Positions 40,191 through 53,244 of a stretch of DNA of 64,000 nt are shown here, piece by piece. The notes below the pieces were generated by a model. It searched no databases. It saw only the letters and a list, made by a program, of their open reading frames with translations, and was not told the origin of the DNA. Numbering within the stretch: the first letter of the stretch is position 1; every line of letters starts with the position of its first letter. The position numbers and the translations under genes are program-made. The stretch is from Camelus dromedarius. Lineage: Eukaryota. The stretch spans positions 99,264,001 to 99,328,000 of the forward strand of contig NC_087437.1 in NCBI RefSeq assembly GCF_036321535.1, given 5' to 3'.

Positions 40191-40739
40191 AGGCCCTGTG
40201 AAATCCTGGATTTCCTACCAAATCATTAAAGAAAAAACTACATTACTTCTTTGAATTAAGGTAAATTTTATTTGCAAACTTTACATTTCCCAGAAATATT
40301 TATGTATACTTTGGGATGTTTATTTGTAAAAATATGTATTATCCTACACATCCCAGTTTCCAAACCATGTTGGTTAGAGGGGATTTTAATAAAGTTAATT
40401 CTGGGCACACTCCTCACTGAACAATTTGGAAGCAATCACTGTTAAACATTAGTGACTAGGTTCATGTTTTGCAACTTTTCTTAACATCTGAGCAACAGAG
40501 GACACCCTTGGTGATGACTCAGTCTTACTGCTCTATGTTGACGGGTGCAGGGGTGTGGCTGTGGAAATAGGATGCTATCCCTCCTTTTTAAGGACAGAAT
40601 CTGGGGGAATGGTAAAATCTGAAGGGATTTTGAAAAATTATACTCACTCAGGTGTTGTGACATGTTACTTCTACTTCTGCAATACTTGTCTATGATATCC
40701 TCATTAGATAATTCTGGAACAGAGTTACCTCAATCAATT

Positions 40740-40948
40740 AAGAGCTTCCCAAACTGCTAAAACCCACAGAGAAGGTATGAATACTCTGACGCTGACTAAC
40801 TTTCTCTGCCCTCTAGCAGTCCAAGCAGGACAGGGCAGCTGGAGCCCTCTGGCAAGACCATCAGCAGCTTCATTTATTTCCCCTAGAGGGTCCTAAATGA
40901 ATTTAAGCTTCTCTATGTGCCTTGACATGAAAGAGTTGGAAAGCACAC
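40740..40948 (-). mobile_element. hAT-Charlie MITE (MER112/113-like)
   Basis: Ends 'agagcttcccaaactg' and 'tgtgccttgacatgaaagagttggaaagcac' form degenerate TIRs. Confidence 0.55.
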
Positions 40949-41399
40949 TCTTAAGTGCCACTTTCCGCTGACTCCACGGGCTAGAACAATTAGCTACATG
41001 CAGACATGTGATGGAAAATGTTCATATGAATTCTCCTTGCTAGGTAGATTAGCTTGTATCTTTGTTATACTATAGTAGAGCATTCTAGCATGTAAGCCAG
41101 TGTTTTAAAAATTAGAGATTCATGGACATCTAGAATACATCTATTGATTCAGTTTGAGAAACGCTTCTAAAAATTGACACTGCATGATAGTTTAGTGCTC
41201 ACATGGTTGGAAACACAAATACAAATTACTGTCACTGAAAACATAAAGAAAAAAAAACTTGATTGTAACCTGGCCACTGAGATTAAAATATGCAAATATT
41301 GATATGGCTTTAGGAGATGATCAAAATGAAAACAACAAAATTAACAGATGTGAAATCTTCTAACACGTATCTGTGTGGACTATAGGATAATACCATTCT

Positions 41400-41474
41400 A
41401 AAGCTATGTGTGTAACTGAAACTCTATGCTGTACAGCAGAAAGTAACACAGCATTGGAAACCGACTGTACTTCA
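41400..41474 (+). mobile_element. Short 3' end of a cetartiodactyl-type L1
   Basis: 'tgtgtaactgaaactctatgctgtacagcagaaagtaacacagcattggaaaccgactgtacttca'. Confidence 0.75.
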
Positions 41475-41556
41475 GGATCTGGGGGGGTGGGAATCGGTCA
41501 TCTGTCCTTCAACAAGCTCTTCAGGTAATGCTGATGTGCATGAGTTTGAGAACCAT
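41475..41556. mobile_element. MER5A half element
   Basis: 'tcaacaagctcttcaggtaatgctgatgtgcatgagtttgagaaccat'. Confidence 0.7.
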
Positions 41557-42413
41557 ATTAATGAGGCCAACTACTTTCCAATACTTACACACCAAATAAA
41601 GGCTGTCCTTTATTTACCTTAGGACACAATACCCTCATCTGAGAGAGGCTGCTGTTATTTCAGCTCTTTTTAAAGAATCTGTCTCAGAGCCAGTTGGTAA
41701 CTAAGGAGAAATTCAGTTTCATTATCTTATAGTCAGTCTCATTAAGCAGTTACTCAGAGCATCTGTATGAATCTCAGATTTGACTTTGCCCTGCAGTGAA
41801 CAAAAATTTGAGAGCTTTTCACATTGGAGTTATTAGTCTTCAAGAAAATGCAGTCACAATTTTTACTGAAAGCTTAATATTTATTAAAAAGCCCTGATAG
41901 ACACTTCTGGAACTTGTAGGACATTCTCCACCATAGTATTACATAGCTTCTAATTCTCCCTAATTGGTCTTTGGTTGGAAACATTAACCTGATGAATACT
42001 TCATTTATTTGAGTTTCCTACCTCCTGAGTCAGAGTTAAGAGTTAGCTTTGGAAGGAGACTGGAGGTCAAGTGGTTACTGAGTAAAATCTTTCTTAATGG
42101 AAGAAGTCAAACCAAAACTTGATGTACCCCCACCTCATTGCCACGACTGACATGGCTACTGATACCTCTGCTGCTATGAAATCATTTTCCAAATGCCTAA
42201 TTTACACATGGTTCTCAGTTCTCAACTTGTCTCAGAGCAATTATGGTGGCTGATGGTGGCTCAAGATGAGAAAAGAAGCAAGAGAGCATGAACCCCAGTA
42301 GTCAGTCCTGCTCGCTTCTACTGCTCCATCCATCACCAGTATTCTGTTCTGAGTGTTTAACTGCCAATTCAAGTTAATCCATCTTTCATCTCAGAGATTC
42401 CAACCTAGATCTT

Positions 42414-42610
42414 GTGACAAAATGTCCAGGATGACCATCATTTTTGTAAAAGGAGTACACAGAGGAGGAATAATCCAGACGTTTTCCTCTGAACCTTAAA
42501 TGGACCTCGCATATGTTTCCTGAAGTTCTTCCTCTAGTGCCCCTGTAGCTTGAGGCTTCTTCCAGAGTCCACCAGGGGAAGGCTGGAAAATGAGGGAACA
42601 TTCTGGTCAC
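42414..42610. mobile_element. Possible hAT-Blackjack-type MITE
   Basis: Imperfect inverted ends 'gtgacaaaatgtcc' and 'ggaacattctggtcac'. Confidence 0.3.
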
Positions 42611-42769
42611 TGGAGGAAGAGGAATATTTGAGGTCTTGTCCAGCAGATAGAAATCTGCCAGTGATGTGGTGGGCCCTAAGCAAAAAGCACATAAAACTCA
42701 ATCTGTTACCAAGTGACAGGGAAAACTGCTGATCGGATTTTAATAAATAAATTTGCAGCTATTTTTTAC

Positions 42770-43560
42770 TTTGTATGTACCTTTACTATTTTACACAAAG
42801 TAGATCATATCTTATGTTTGTTTTTAACCTGCCTTTTTTTCAACTTAAAAAGTTTTCTCATTATACATCCCTTTTAGGTCAGAAGTTTCTATTCCAATAT
42901 TTTTAAATAAGATTTCATAGTATTCTTTTCTTATACAAGAAAGTTTATTAAACCAATTCTCTATTGTTTAAAATATTTATTGTCTTCATTTTTGGATTGG
43001 ACCCTTTTTAATGCTATCCTATGAATATGTAGAATAAACCCCAAAATATCAATATGAATATTCATATTTTATTAGTGGATTTGAATTTATTTTCATATGA
43101 ATACATTTAAATTGTTCAAAATCAAAACTGTTTAAAAATACATATTGAGAAGTTCTTCTCCTACCTTATTTATTCCTTCATTTTATTGACTTCTGACACA
43201 TTGTAATACAAATATAAGCAAACATGAATATGCATGTATTGTTTTCTCACTTGTTTCTTTTCATAGAGGTAGCAGACTATGAACATTTTCCTGTATTTAA
43301 AAGAAATGGTGAAATATATCCTGGAGCTCTCTCTACATTTGTACATAGATTGTATATGTATATATATAATTTTATAATTTTTAATATATGTAACTTTTTT
43401 CCTTGGCTCAGAGTTTTTGTTGTGTAGAAGGAACTAGTCTTCTATTGTTGAACATTTCGATACTTTTAGTCTTTTGCTACCACTTGTCTCAGTGAATAAT
43501 TGTGTATGTATATATATACTTTCATATATGTATAGGAATATCTGCTCAGATTCATTTGGA
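42770..43560 (-). mobile_element. Old L1MC/L1ME 3' fragments
   Basis: 'ttaaaccaattctctattg' and 'tctattgttgaacatttcgatacttttagtcttttgctac'. Confidence 0.6.
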
Positions 43561-44175
43561 TACAGTACGATCTATTTTTATAACATTAATATTACTCTAA
43601 CAGCTCCTAATTCTGACTAAACTCATTTCAGAATCCAGGCATATTAATTGCTTTTGTTTCTTTTCTGAAATGAAATAACATAGGCATTGATTTTAGGAAG
43701 AAGCATAACAATCTGGGTATCTCAGATGGCATTTCTCACCTTATAACTCTGATAAGTATATTTTAGTTGACTCCAAAGAGTTCCAGTTTGCTCTCTGAAA
43801 AAAGTTACAATGTGAGACGATTTAATTGTCAAAAATAAACACAAGATTTTCTACCATTATCTTCCACATATAACAAAAGAAAATTCATGTAATTTAAGTG
43901 TAGGCATGCTTCTGAAATTTAGATTTGCTCACCTATGTATATGCAGTCTTACCAAGCATCTTATTTCATATTATGTCTTTAAAGAGACTTATAAAGATTA
44001 AATATTTGAATTTGATCTTGCCCAGTATTATTAAATACTTTTTTCTGATTTTAATTATGAATATGTCAGTTACCTTATGATAGTATAAAATAACCTTTTG
44101 TCTGTTTATTTTCAATAAAACTGTTCAAATTACTTAAAAGATTAACATAACCTGACACTAATCTGTATTCTAGTG

Positions 44176-44355
44176 CAGTGGTTTTCAACCATTGGCTGAA
44201 CATTAGAATCACCTGGGGAGATTTTTAAAAACCCTAATAACAAGACTACCACAGACCAATGAAATATACATTTTTGGTAGAAGGACCTAAGTCATAGTAT
44301 TTTTTTTTTAACTCCTCAGGTAATTTCAATTTGTAGCCAAGTTTGAGAATCACTG
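44176..44355. mobile_element. MER5A/MER5B (hAT-Charlie MITE)
   Basis: TIRs 'cagtggttttcaa' and 'ttgagaatcactg'; 'cattagaatcacctggggag'; flanks ttctagtg and ctctagga. Confidence 0.9.
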
Positions 44356-45220
44356 CTCTAGGAGAAGAAATAATTACATGATTTTTACCCATTCTTGCCA
44401 ATTAAAATTTATTTCAATATAATTTACAAGTATCTGTTTTGTTAAATATTTCATTGAAAATGAAAAACCAAATTAACAATTCTTTGTTTTTGTATTTGCT
44501 ATGAAAGGATTGAATTCTCAAGAAAGTTAATTACATTATCTGCAAAATGTCTTCTACATTTTGGTGTGTTGAGAAAAGAAGTTCATTAAGTTTCGAGAGA
44601 TTCTCAATGTGGTCCTTCTGGAGTAGAGGGCTTGGCCACAGGCAGAGACATGTTTAGATATTGGTTTGCACCTGACCTTTATCTCATGTAAGCAAAAAAC
44701 ACCTCTCTGTTTATAATATAAGGCTGAGTTGTACATAAATTTCTCTTTTTCTAATGTAAGACAGAGTTGTGCATAAATTTCTCTGAGTAATTTTGTATAT
44801 ATGTATATATATATAATGATATCTGTAATAAAACTATAAAATTTCTGTGCCCATATTTATAAAGCAAACAAGCCACATGCAAAAGTGGGCAAGTTAGCTG
44901 TGATTCAAAAAACAATCTCAGAATGTAGGTAAGGCTGGCAGGTTTTTCTTTCTTCTGATTGAATAGCCCGTTATTACTCCTGGGTGAACTTAAAAAGAGA
45001 ATGTAGATAATTTGGAAAAGTTTTTATAAAACTTATGAAAGCTTTTTTGACGGGGAAAAACTGTCTTCTGTCTTGTTAAGTAAACAAGAAATGGAGATTT
45101 TCTAGAAAAGAAAAAAAAGTGATTGTCTTGAGAATGTGGGCTAATTTGTCCTTAAACATAATTTTCCATATGTATGTTTCTGAGAAGTTATATACTGGAA
45201 AGTTCGTAGTGTTCTAATTT

Positions 45221-45301
45221 CAGAGGAGGCACTGGGGATTGAACCCAAGACCTCATGCATGCTAAGCATGTACTCTACCACTTGAGCTATACCCTCCCCA
45301 C
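45221..45301 (-). mobile_element. tRNA-Ala-derived SINE (Vic-1-like), tailless, with 21-bp TSD
   Basis: Minus strand GGGGAGGGTATAGCTCAAGTGGTAGAGTACATGCTTAGCATGCATGAGGTCTTGGGTTCAATCCCCAGTGCCTCC; direct repeats at 45200-45220 and 45302-45322. Confidence 0.9.
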
Positions 45302-46645
45302 AAGTTCATAGTATTCTAATTTGAAAAGATGTGACCCAATAACTAATGGGAAAAGAAAGATAATCATATAAGAACATTGCAAGGAAAATAAGGTCTGGAT
45401 TTCTGATTCTAGATTTCATTGTTTTTTCTACTACTGAATAGGTAGTATGTAAGAAATAATCACTGGATTAATTTTGTATCTATGATGTTTTGTTATATGT
45501 TATAATATAAAGTATTTTTTCCCCTTAGATTCATCTCATAAATCTTACAGGCCATTGATTTCCTCATCTTTGGGAATTGAGTATTTTACTAGAAAGATGA
45601 TGTCTAGAAGTCTCTTAAGTTTATAAAGCATTCTGTTTAAGCTACTCTTTCTTTCAACACTCTCACAGAGTGAGTTTATATTTTAATTACCAGAGAAATT
45701 ATATTTGCAAGGCAGTGCATTGCCTGCTGTGACAGTTATTCTTTTGTTTAAAGGATGTAATGTTTCTGACTTTTGGGTGAAGCCTCAAACTAATACCAGT
45801 TATAGGACAATATGTGTTGTTAACTTTTAACGAATTGTATTTGGTAACTAGGTTCTCTTCTTGCAGGCTTCTTGAAGCATGCTTTCACCTTTCAAATATT
45901 TTGGCCTGCCATTAATCCAATGACTTCACCCTCTTTGTTCCCCTAGACAGGGTAATTTCATCAAAGTTTTCCCACTTGGCCCAAATCTGTATTAGCTATT
46001 TGGTGTGCTGTAAATTTAAAAGCCAGTAGTATTCCTCCCACTCCTTATATATACAAAAAACAGATGTAGTGATTACACTGTAATGTTCCTGGCTAAAGTA
46101 AATTTAGATGTAAGAATATAACCTTTATATGTATTGGAGCAAAGTATGTCATTCTTTCTCATTTCACTTAAATGGATGTTTAATAAAATTGCTACTTATC
46201 AAAAGAGAAACTCCAGAGGAAGACTAAATAAATGAGGTGATATTTTAAAAGTTAATGAATGAGGTGCCTTGATCTTTGGCTCCATTATGCTCTTTTCATT
46301 GCTTCACAGAGCTCTTAAAACACGAGATGTGATGTAAAGGGCAGGTAAGCTAAGTTAAACATTGCTTTAAAAAGTAAGCAGTGAAACACGTATATTTACC
46401 CAAGGGCCAAGAGTTACAAGTCCTTTATTCTAGAAGGCATTATGAGGCAAAATGTAAAACTTAAATTATTCTCTTTTTTAACATAACAAATACTGAAATT
46501 GAACTGTGTTTGAAGTGAGTAAGACTACAAAAATGTCTGGTGAAATAAAATACAGTAAAATATTTAAAAATTTCACTTTGTTACTCAGATGGTACTACCA
46601 TTTTTCTGTTTAAGAGACTGGTTTGTGTGGTATCTTCATAAGCAT

Positions 46646-46906
46646 TGTTTTTTATTTTTAATTGAGGTATAATTGACCTATAACATTAGTTTCAGGGATA
46701 CAATATAATGATTCAATATTTGTATATACTGGAAAATGATCAATATAACAATTCTAGTTAGTATCTGTCACCATACATAGTTACAGTTTTTTTTTCCCCT
46801 TGTGATGAGGACTTCTAAATTTTACTCTCTTAACTATCGAATGTGATATAGTATTAACTATAGTCACCATGCTGCACATGACATCTCTATGACATATTTA
46901 TTTTAT
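46646..46906 (-). mobile_element. L1 3' end (L1MA9-related, laurasiatherian type)
   Basis: 'ttttaattgaggtataattgacctataacattagtttcagg...gtattaactatagtcaccatgctg'. Confidence 0.85.
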
Positions 46907-47044
46907 GAGCATATGTTTTATAATCAGTAAAGATCATGCCTTTAGTGCCAACTTATTTCATGTTGGTGATTCTGAATTCTTTAATTATTAATTTTGAAAG
47001 TCTGTACGAATGATTTTAACAACACTACTAAGATATCCTAGACT

Positions 47045-47553
47045 TAGTTAAGGCTTTTTGTTCACAAGTAAGTCAAATTGAGCTAACTTAAGCCAAATAT
47101 ATAACTACTAAAAGGCTGCTGGACTGTTTCATGCAGTCTAATAAGAGGAAAGTGCCTTGCTCTTCAGTGTAGAACAGAACTGGATACTTAATGCCTGCTG
47201 AAATATTCTCTCTCTTCCATCTCTGCTTCTTCCTGTGAACTTACCTCATAGTTTTTCCTGCGCCAGACCACTGATTTCAATCCTCAGAGAAGCTGGAAGA
47301 GGGTCAGTACACAGTCATGAGTTTACACAGATTTCCAAAGTCCTGGACCAAGCTGAAAGAATATTTATCAACCCCAATTCTAAATTCCTAAGAGAAAGTG
47401 TTTAATTAAGCCAGCCTGGTCAAGTGTCCAACTATGTTGAATCAGTTAGGGGAGACAGTGTCACTGAGCTGCTGAGGACCCACCCCTGTGGACAGGGCAG
47501 GCAGTTCTGAAAGATGAGGAATTGACATAGCATCCCAAGAAATGTCCATTACA
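47045..47553 (-). mobile_element. Old MaLR LTR (MLT1J/K/L-like)
   Basis: 'ccagcctggtcaagtgtccaactatgttgaatcag' and end 'aaatgtccattaca'. Confidence 0.55.
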
Positions 47554-48949
47554 GCCCTGTTAGATAAATAGTTAAGTGTAAATTTAATTTTTTTTTCATG
47601 TCAAGTAGATTAGTTACCAGAGAAAAACTGTAGTTTTTAAAATGTAAAATTAAGATTGTATTTGTTCATTGAAAAACATTCTCTTGTACTGTATTAATTG
47701 TTCAGTATATCAGAAAATCCTTAAATTCTTACATTGGTGTTCTGCAACTTGATCAACTGCTATTTATTTGTTTATTTGTTTGTTTTCTTAAGTGTGCTTG
47801 TGGGTTATTTAAGAAAAAGTAGAAAAGTAAATTTTGGACTTGTATTACCAAATAAAACTTGTCCTAGTTCTAATATTAACGAAGTAATTTTAAAAAAGTA
47901 TTAAATAAACTATATAATGTATAGTTACATAAATGCCATTTTTTTCATGCAAAATGTTGCTTGGAATATGAGTATTTAAAAGGTGGATTAGAGATTTTCA
48001 AGTCCAAAACACCTTAATATATGTAATTAAGTAAAGTAATATCCAGGAAGGTGAAATGTCCTTTTAAAGTTACAAAAACTATTTAGTGAAAACTCATAGT
48101 GAGGAGCCACATCTTCTGACTTCTAACCTTATATTAGCCACTTGTCCTCTACTTACATTAAAAACAAATTAGCACGTCTATCATGCTGCTGCCAACAGCT
48201 GCCCCTTTAAGAAAAGAGAATCTTGGGGTTTTAAGAATTATCAATGTAATGTTTATTCTCATGTTAAGTTTAAACAATCAATTGTTTTTCTGACTCAAGA
48301 AGCTCTTGAAAGTAAGGAAGATATGTGGAGTTCTATTTGGCACATACTTGTCAGCATTTGGGTAGCCTCCTCTTGGAGTCCATGTCTTCAGCTCATTACA
48401 GCACTGCATTGCTTAAGACAATTGCAAGTATACAGAAATGAGTTCACTGAGTCCCCCAAAGAGCTTTATTAGTAAAGCTCACCCAGATGACTATGTTTTA
48501 TGGAAAACTGCATTTAAAGTGTACTTTTCCAGTTGAATTAGTAAAAGATGAGTTCTTTTTAGAAATAATTATATTTTTGATGTGACTTACTTATTTGTAA
48601 TTTTCTTTAACCTGGATTTTGAAGCCTTCCACTGTAGTGAGTTAAGAGAATGAATGGGGCAATATTTTTGCTCGTGTGAGTAAAAAATGTTTTCTTGTCC
48701 GTGCTCTAAATTTTAAGCATAAGTGATCTGTGATAATGGCAACGTTTTCCAGTACACACTGGCACTTAAGGGGTGATATTAACACTTGTAGTGATCTGTA
48801 AACATTTTTTTCTGTGACTTCAGTGCTGCTTAGAAAAGTGATTTTGCCCCTCAAGGTCTTGGGGCAGATTTAATTCATTTGTGCATTTATTTTTAAAACT
48901 CAAAATATCTGCATGAGAACATTTAAGTGTACTCACATACAGGTAAGGA

Positions 48950-49132
48950 GCTGCACATTGGAGGAAAAACATGAGAGTCTTAGTAATATATCTAGCTCTT
49001 TCTCTCCTGCTACATTTCTAAGTGCCACTTAATAAACTACTTTACTTTCCTAGGCATTATCTGTAAAATGTAGAGGTTAAGATTAAATAATACCTGAGGT
49101 CTCTTCTAGCTCTAAAAGTTTATGTTTCTATG
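48950..49132 (+). mobile_element. MIR3/MIR fragment
   Basis: 'tctgtaaaatgtagaggttaagattaaataatacctgaggtctcttctagctctaaaagtttatg'. Confidence 0.65.
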
Positions 49133-51874
49133 ATAAATGTTAATTGCATATATCAACATAAATTCCAATTTATTAGATGAAGGTGAATAATAAGGTCCCA
49201 TTCTTTAGAAGGTTCAAAATAAATAACAGCGTATTCCGTTGCCTCCTATTGTGTACTATTTCTATTGTTTCCTTAATATCTTTCCTCTTGTGGAATTCTG
49301 AGAACTTAAGAAAAGATTTTACAAACCAAGGGTTAGTACTGATGACTGGCATCCTAGAAGGTGTGATGCAATAGCTTCTCGGTCTGTGCTATTTTCACTT
49401 TTCCCATACTCATATTCATGTTAATGTTTTAAACTTCAAGCGAGCAGTTTAGAAGAATTGAAATTAAAAAGAAAAGAGGAACATGAAACGCTATTTTTAA
49501 CTATGAGGAAGGCTACTGTTTTTGAGGAGCTGATTCCCAACTTTTTGGGGCAGAGATGATCTGCCCAGTCCCCCCACCCAACTCTCATGCTTAAGATCTG
49601 GTTTTTATGAATGAGTGCATGAGAAAGAATACCATATGGCATTTTCAGGTTCAGCAATGAAAAGTAAGGCAAGAATGCAATATTGAAATGAACACTCATG
49701 GCTTAGGAGATGGGAATTCCAGATGGGGTATTTTATACCAACTTTCCAGTGATATTCTTCAAGTCTCTTTGTTTCCTTACCTTTTCTTTCAATAGCTATA
49801 AATTAAGGAGCCTGAGCTAAATTTACTCTAAGTTCACTATTAACTGCAAATGTACTGCTTTCAGATGTATATCCATTATGTACATATAAACAGATATTTT
49901 TTCTGAATGTAGCTATTAAGTTTTTAACCTCCCAAGTAGTTTTACCTATTATTTTTTGGAATATACACAACGAATACAAATAATTCAAATATTTGTTTAG
50001 GCAAAATTATAGAGAGAAATGTAAACTTTCAGATACTTTTTCTTCCTGCATTATTTTCTGTCCTTTCTAAAGCATTATAAGCAAGGCTTGCTTTTAAGGT
50101 TACCTCCCAAATAAGTAAACTTCCTACCTGTGATTAATTACAGAGGAACACTGCACCTTAAAGCAAAGCAAACAAAAACCATAAAGCCAACGAAAACAAA
50201 ACAAGAAAATGCTTCATAAAAAACAAGTTGAAGTATTAATTCATAATTAGTGAAAAGCAAACCTGGAAATTAATTATCACAAGGTTGATAAATAAGTCAT
50301 AGTTTTGCTCTTTTATAATCTCAATTAAACTGTAACATATACTCATGCAAAAAAGACAGTCCTGAATGTCCTAGAGGAACAAAAGAGGGTGAACCTACTG
50401 AGTTTATTTCTTAATTGTCAGCCCCCCCTTTTTTTTTCCCCTGTTCTTTCAAGAAAATAAACTGTTTTGCTGAATAAGAAGGTTAGGAGAAAGCCTGAGT
50501 GAGTCACTCCAATTTGTTTCCACATTCTAAACAGTCAATAAAGGAATTTATTGCCTCATTAGGCAGTTTGAGTAGATTTCTGGAAACCTGGGTGACGTAA
50601 GACAGAGAAGTAACCTAGTGAGATGTTTTAAAAGCAGCTGCAGCTGAATTTGTTTTTGAAATTGCAAGTTGCCTGTTAGACTGGAATGACATAGCAATTT
50701 GTTTCAAGAAACGGTGCCAGGCAGTGGGCTGGTTTCAAGGAGGAAATTGTGTCTATTTTCAGCAAGTACTAAAAAATACTGTACATACTGGTACTGAAAA
50801 ATACCATAAGATGGCAGAGCCAGGATGATTGGAAGAGGACAGTGGTCTCAGCAGTGAGACCAAGAATCAACTTCTTATAAGTGAAAACAATGAAAGTTGG
50901 CCCATTGAGACTGGCTGCTACATGATGATATAGCCAGCAGTGCACACGCAGGAGGTTGCATGCTGACTTCCGCCCTTCTAAGGTCTTGCCTTTTATTTAG
51001 CTGATATTTAGCTCTATGTTCAAATGATACTTAAACTCAGGCCTCCCTCAGACCAAGGCATCTGTAACCACTCTATTATGGTTGTAGTCTTCAAAGATGG
51101 AGTCAGGCAAGGGTAGACTTCTTCCCCCACCCTACACTTGCAGTAATCCCTCAGAGTTAGAGGGAACTTCTCTTTAACTTCTTTTCAAATGACTAAAAAT
51201 TCAATCGGTACCAGCTAAAGATTTTTTTTTAACAAAAGAATGTTGAATTCACTTCAAAATATAAACAACCCAGGAGGCAAAAACTCGTAGAACAAATGAT
51301 TTATTAGTAAGTAGAACGCAATGACTTGCTTGCCTAAACTAACTTTCTCTTCGTACGTTTAGCAGATAAACACATTAATCATGATCCGTCTGCAGTATAT
51401 CAAAAGAGAATTTGATAAATTAATCAAACCAGGCATAAAACTAGGAAGTTTCAGGGAATTTTCCAGATAAAATGAGTGGGAATATTTGTTTCTCATAATG
51501 AAAAAAACATGTTTGTGTATATGTAAATGTGTCATATATATGCCATCCTATTTAACCTATTTGAATATCCAAAAATTTAGAGAACAATGGAATAAAATAG
51601 AAAATAAACGTTTAATCTGAACACTTCTTGTTAGTCAAAAATCAGCTTTTCAGCACGGTTTTATGTTCTTATAAAAGATTACAACTTTAGGAGAGATCTT
51701 GGGATGTAAAAAGAAGGAAATATTTTCTCCATCAAATCTTTCAGTTCTTCCAATTGACAGTTTTCCTAACTAGTTGATGACTTGCTACCAGTATTCCACT
51801 GGGTATCTAGAGAGTATAAATTAAAAGAGAAGAAAAGATGATGACAGGATACTAAGGGGGAGATGCTGGGAGAA

Positions 51875-51997
51875 GAGGCCTGGAGTCCGGTCCCAGATCT
51901 GCTTATCTCTCTGGACACAGTTTCCTTATCTGTAAAGTGTGGGTTTTGGACTGGATGACTTCACATTGCCCTTAAAGTTTTAAGAATCTATGAGTCT
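51875..51997 (+). mobile_element. MIR3/MIR fragment
   Basis: 'cagtttccttatctgtaaagtgtgggttttggactggatgacttc'. Confidence 0.65.
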
Positions 51998-53244
51998 AAC
52001 TTGGTGGCCTGGAGGTGATTAAAATCCACCAAAACTTGAAGGATGGAATTAAAAGCATCAAAATGGTAACTTTCCTTATTATTCCTTTTTTAGTTAACAC
52101 GATAAAAATTCCAGATCTGAGACCCTGCCAAATTTAAAGGTCTGCTATTTTACTTATATTCGTCTATATCCAATTATTTCTCTCTAAAAAATACAAGATC
52201 AGTTATTTTAAATGGTTATTTATTGACAATGATGTTCATTGAGGCTCTCATGGATAGCTCAGTTCAGCAAATAGTTAATTAATGGCTAATATGTGTTGGG
52301 CAGTGAGCAAGGCAATGGAGAATACCACACCACTACCACCACTAACCCCTTCCTCCAAAGTGACAAAATAACAGAGTCCTTGGTTTAGGGAGCTTAGAGT
52401 ATACCTAGTATGTTTTCCAGCAAATATTTGATGACTGAATGAATGTACTGAAGGAGACATTTAGAGTATAATATTGTAAATATGTATATATATTATATAT
52501 ATATATAGTACATGTGTAGCTATGCAGAGAAATGGGAAAAGCTTTGCTTAGAGGATTCATGGACATATTTAGAGAGTAGTTGACATGTGAACTGAGTAGG
52601 CAATCTATGAATAAGATTTCAAAAGCACATTTTAAACAAAGGTAGCATATCAGTTTGTGGAATATTTGGGATTGTTGAACATATGTATTATGGGAAGTGG
52701 TCATAGGTCATAGGAAGTGAGGATGAAACGGTGGTAGGGGCAAAATTGCCAAGACTTTTTCAGTGGCAGGCAAGTAGTTAAAATGTCATACTATTAACAA
52801 AAATAAGCAGCATTTTGTTCGTAAGGAATGGAGTAAGATGACCAGGTTGTTTTCGTGACTTCTGATTCTTTGGCATGTCCAGAGGGTCTGGATTAAACAT
52901 TGTAAGAGCTTCTCCAGCTTTTTCACCCATGCTTCAGCAGCCGAATGAAGTCAGTTTTTACCTTCAAAAGTAATTTACTTTATGTAAGTAACGTATGATT
53001 GAACTACAGTGTTGATCTCATTGAGTAATAAGCCTCTTCAAATGATACACCCGATTTCAACTTTCTGGAGATTCTGACATCTTCCAGCTCTTCCAGCCCC
53101 ACCTGCCCCCACTTTCTTAGACTTACAAATATACCATATGGGCCCAGGTACTGTTCATATCCTAACACAAACCCTTAAGGTACAGAATTAAAACCAATTT
53201 TGTAAACAATAATAATAATAATAATATTGAAAGCCAGCAACCAT

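Noticed and set aside
32812..44784. Short direct repeats as CRISPR-like arrays
   Set aside because: Only two units each, no spacers, no cas genes, eukaryotic context
45221..45301. Functional tRNA-Ala gene
   Set aside because: SINE-type 5' end, flanking TSD and no Pol III T-run terminator
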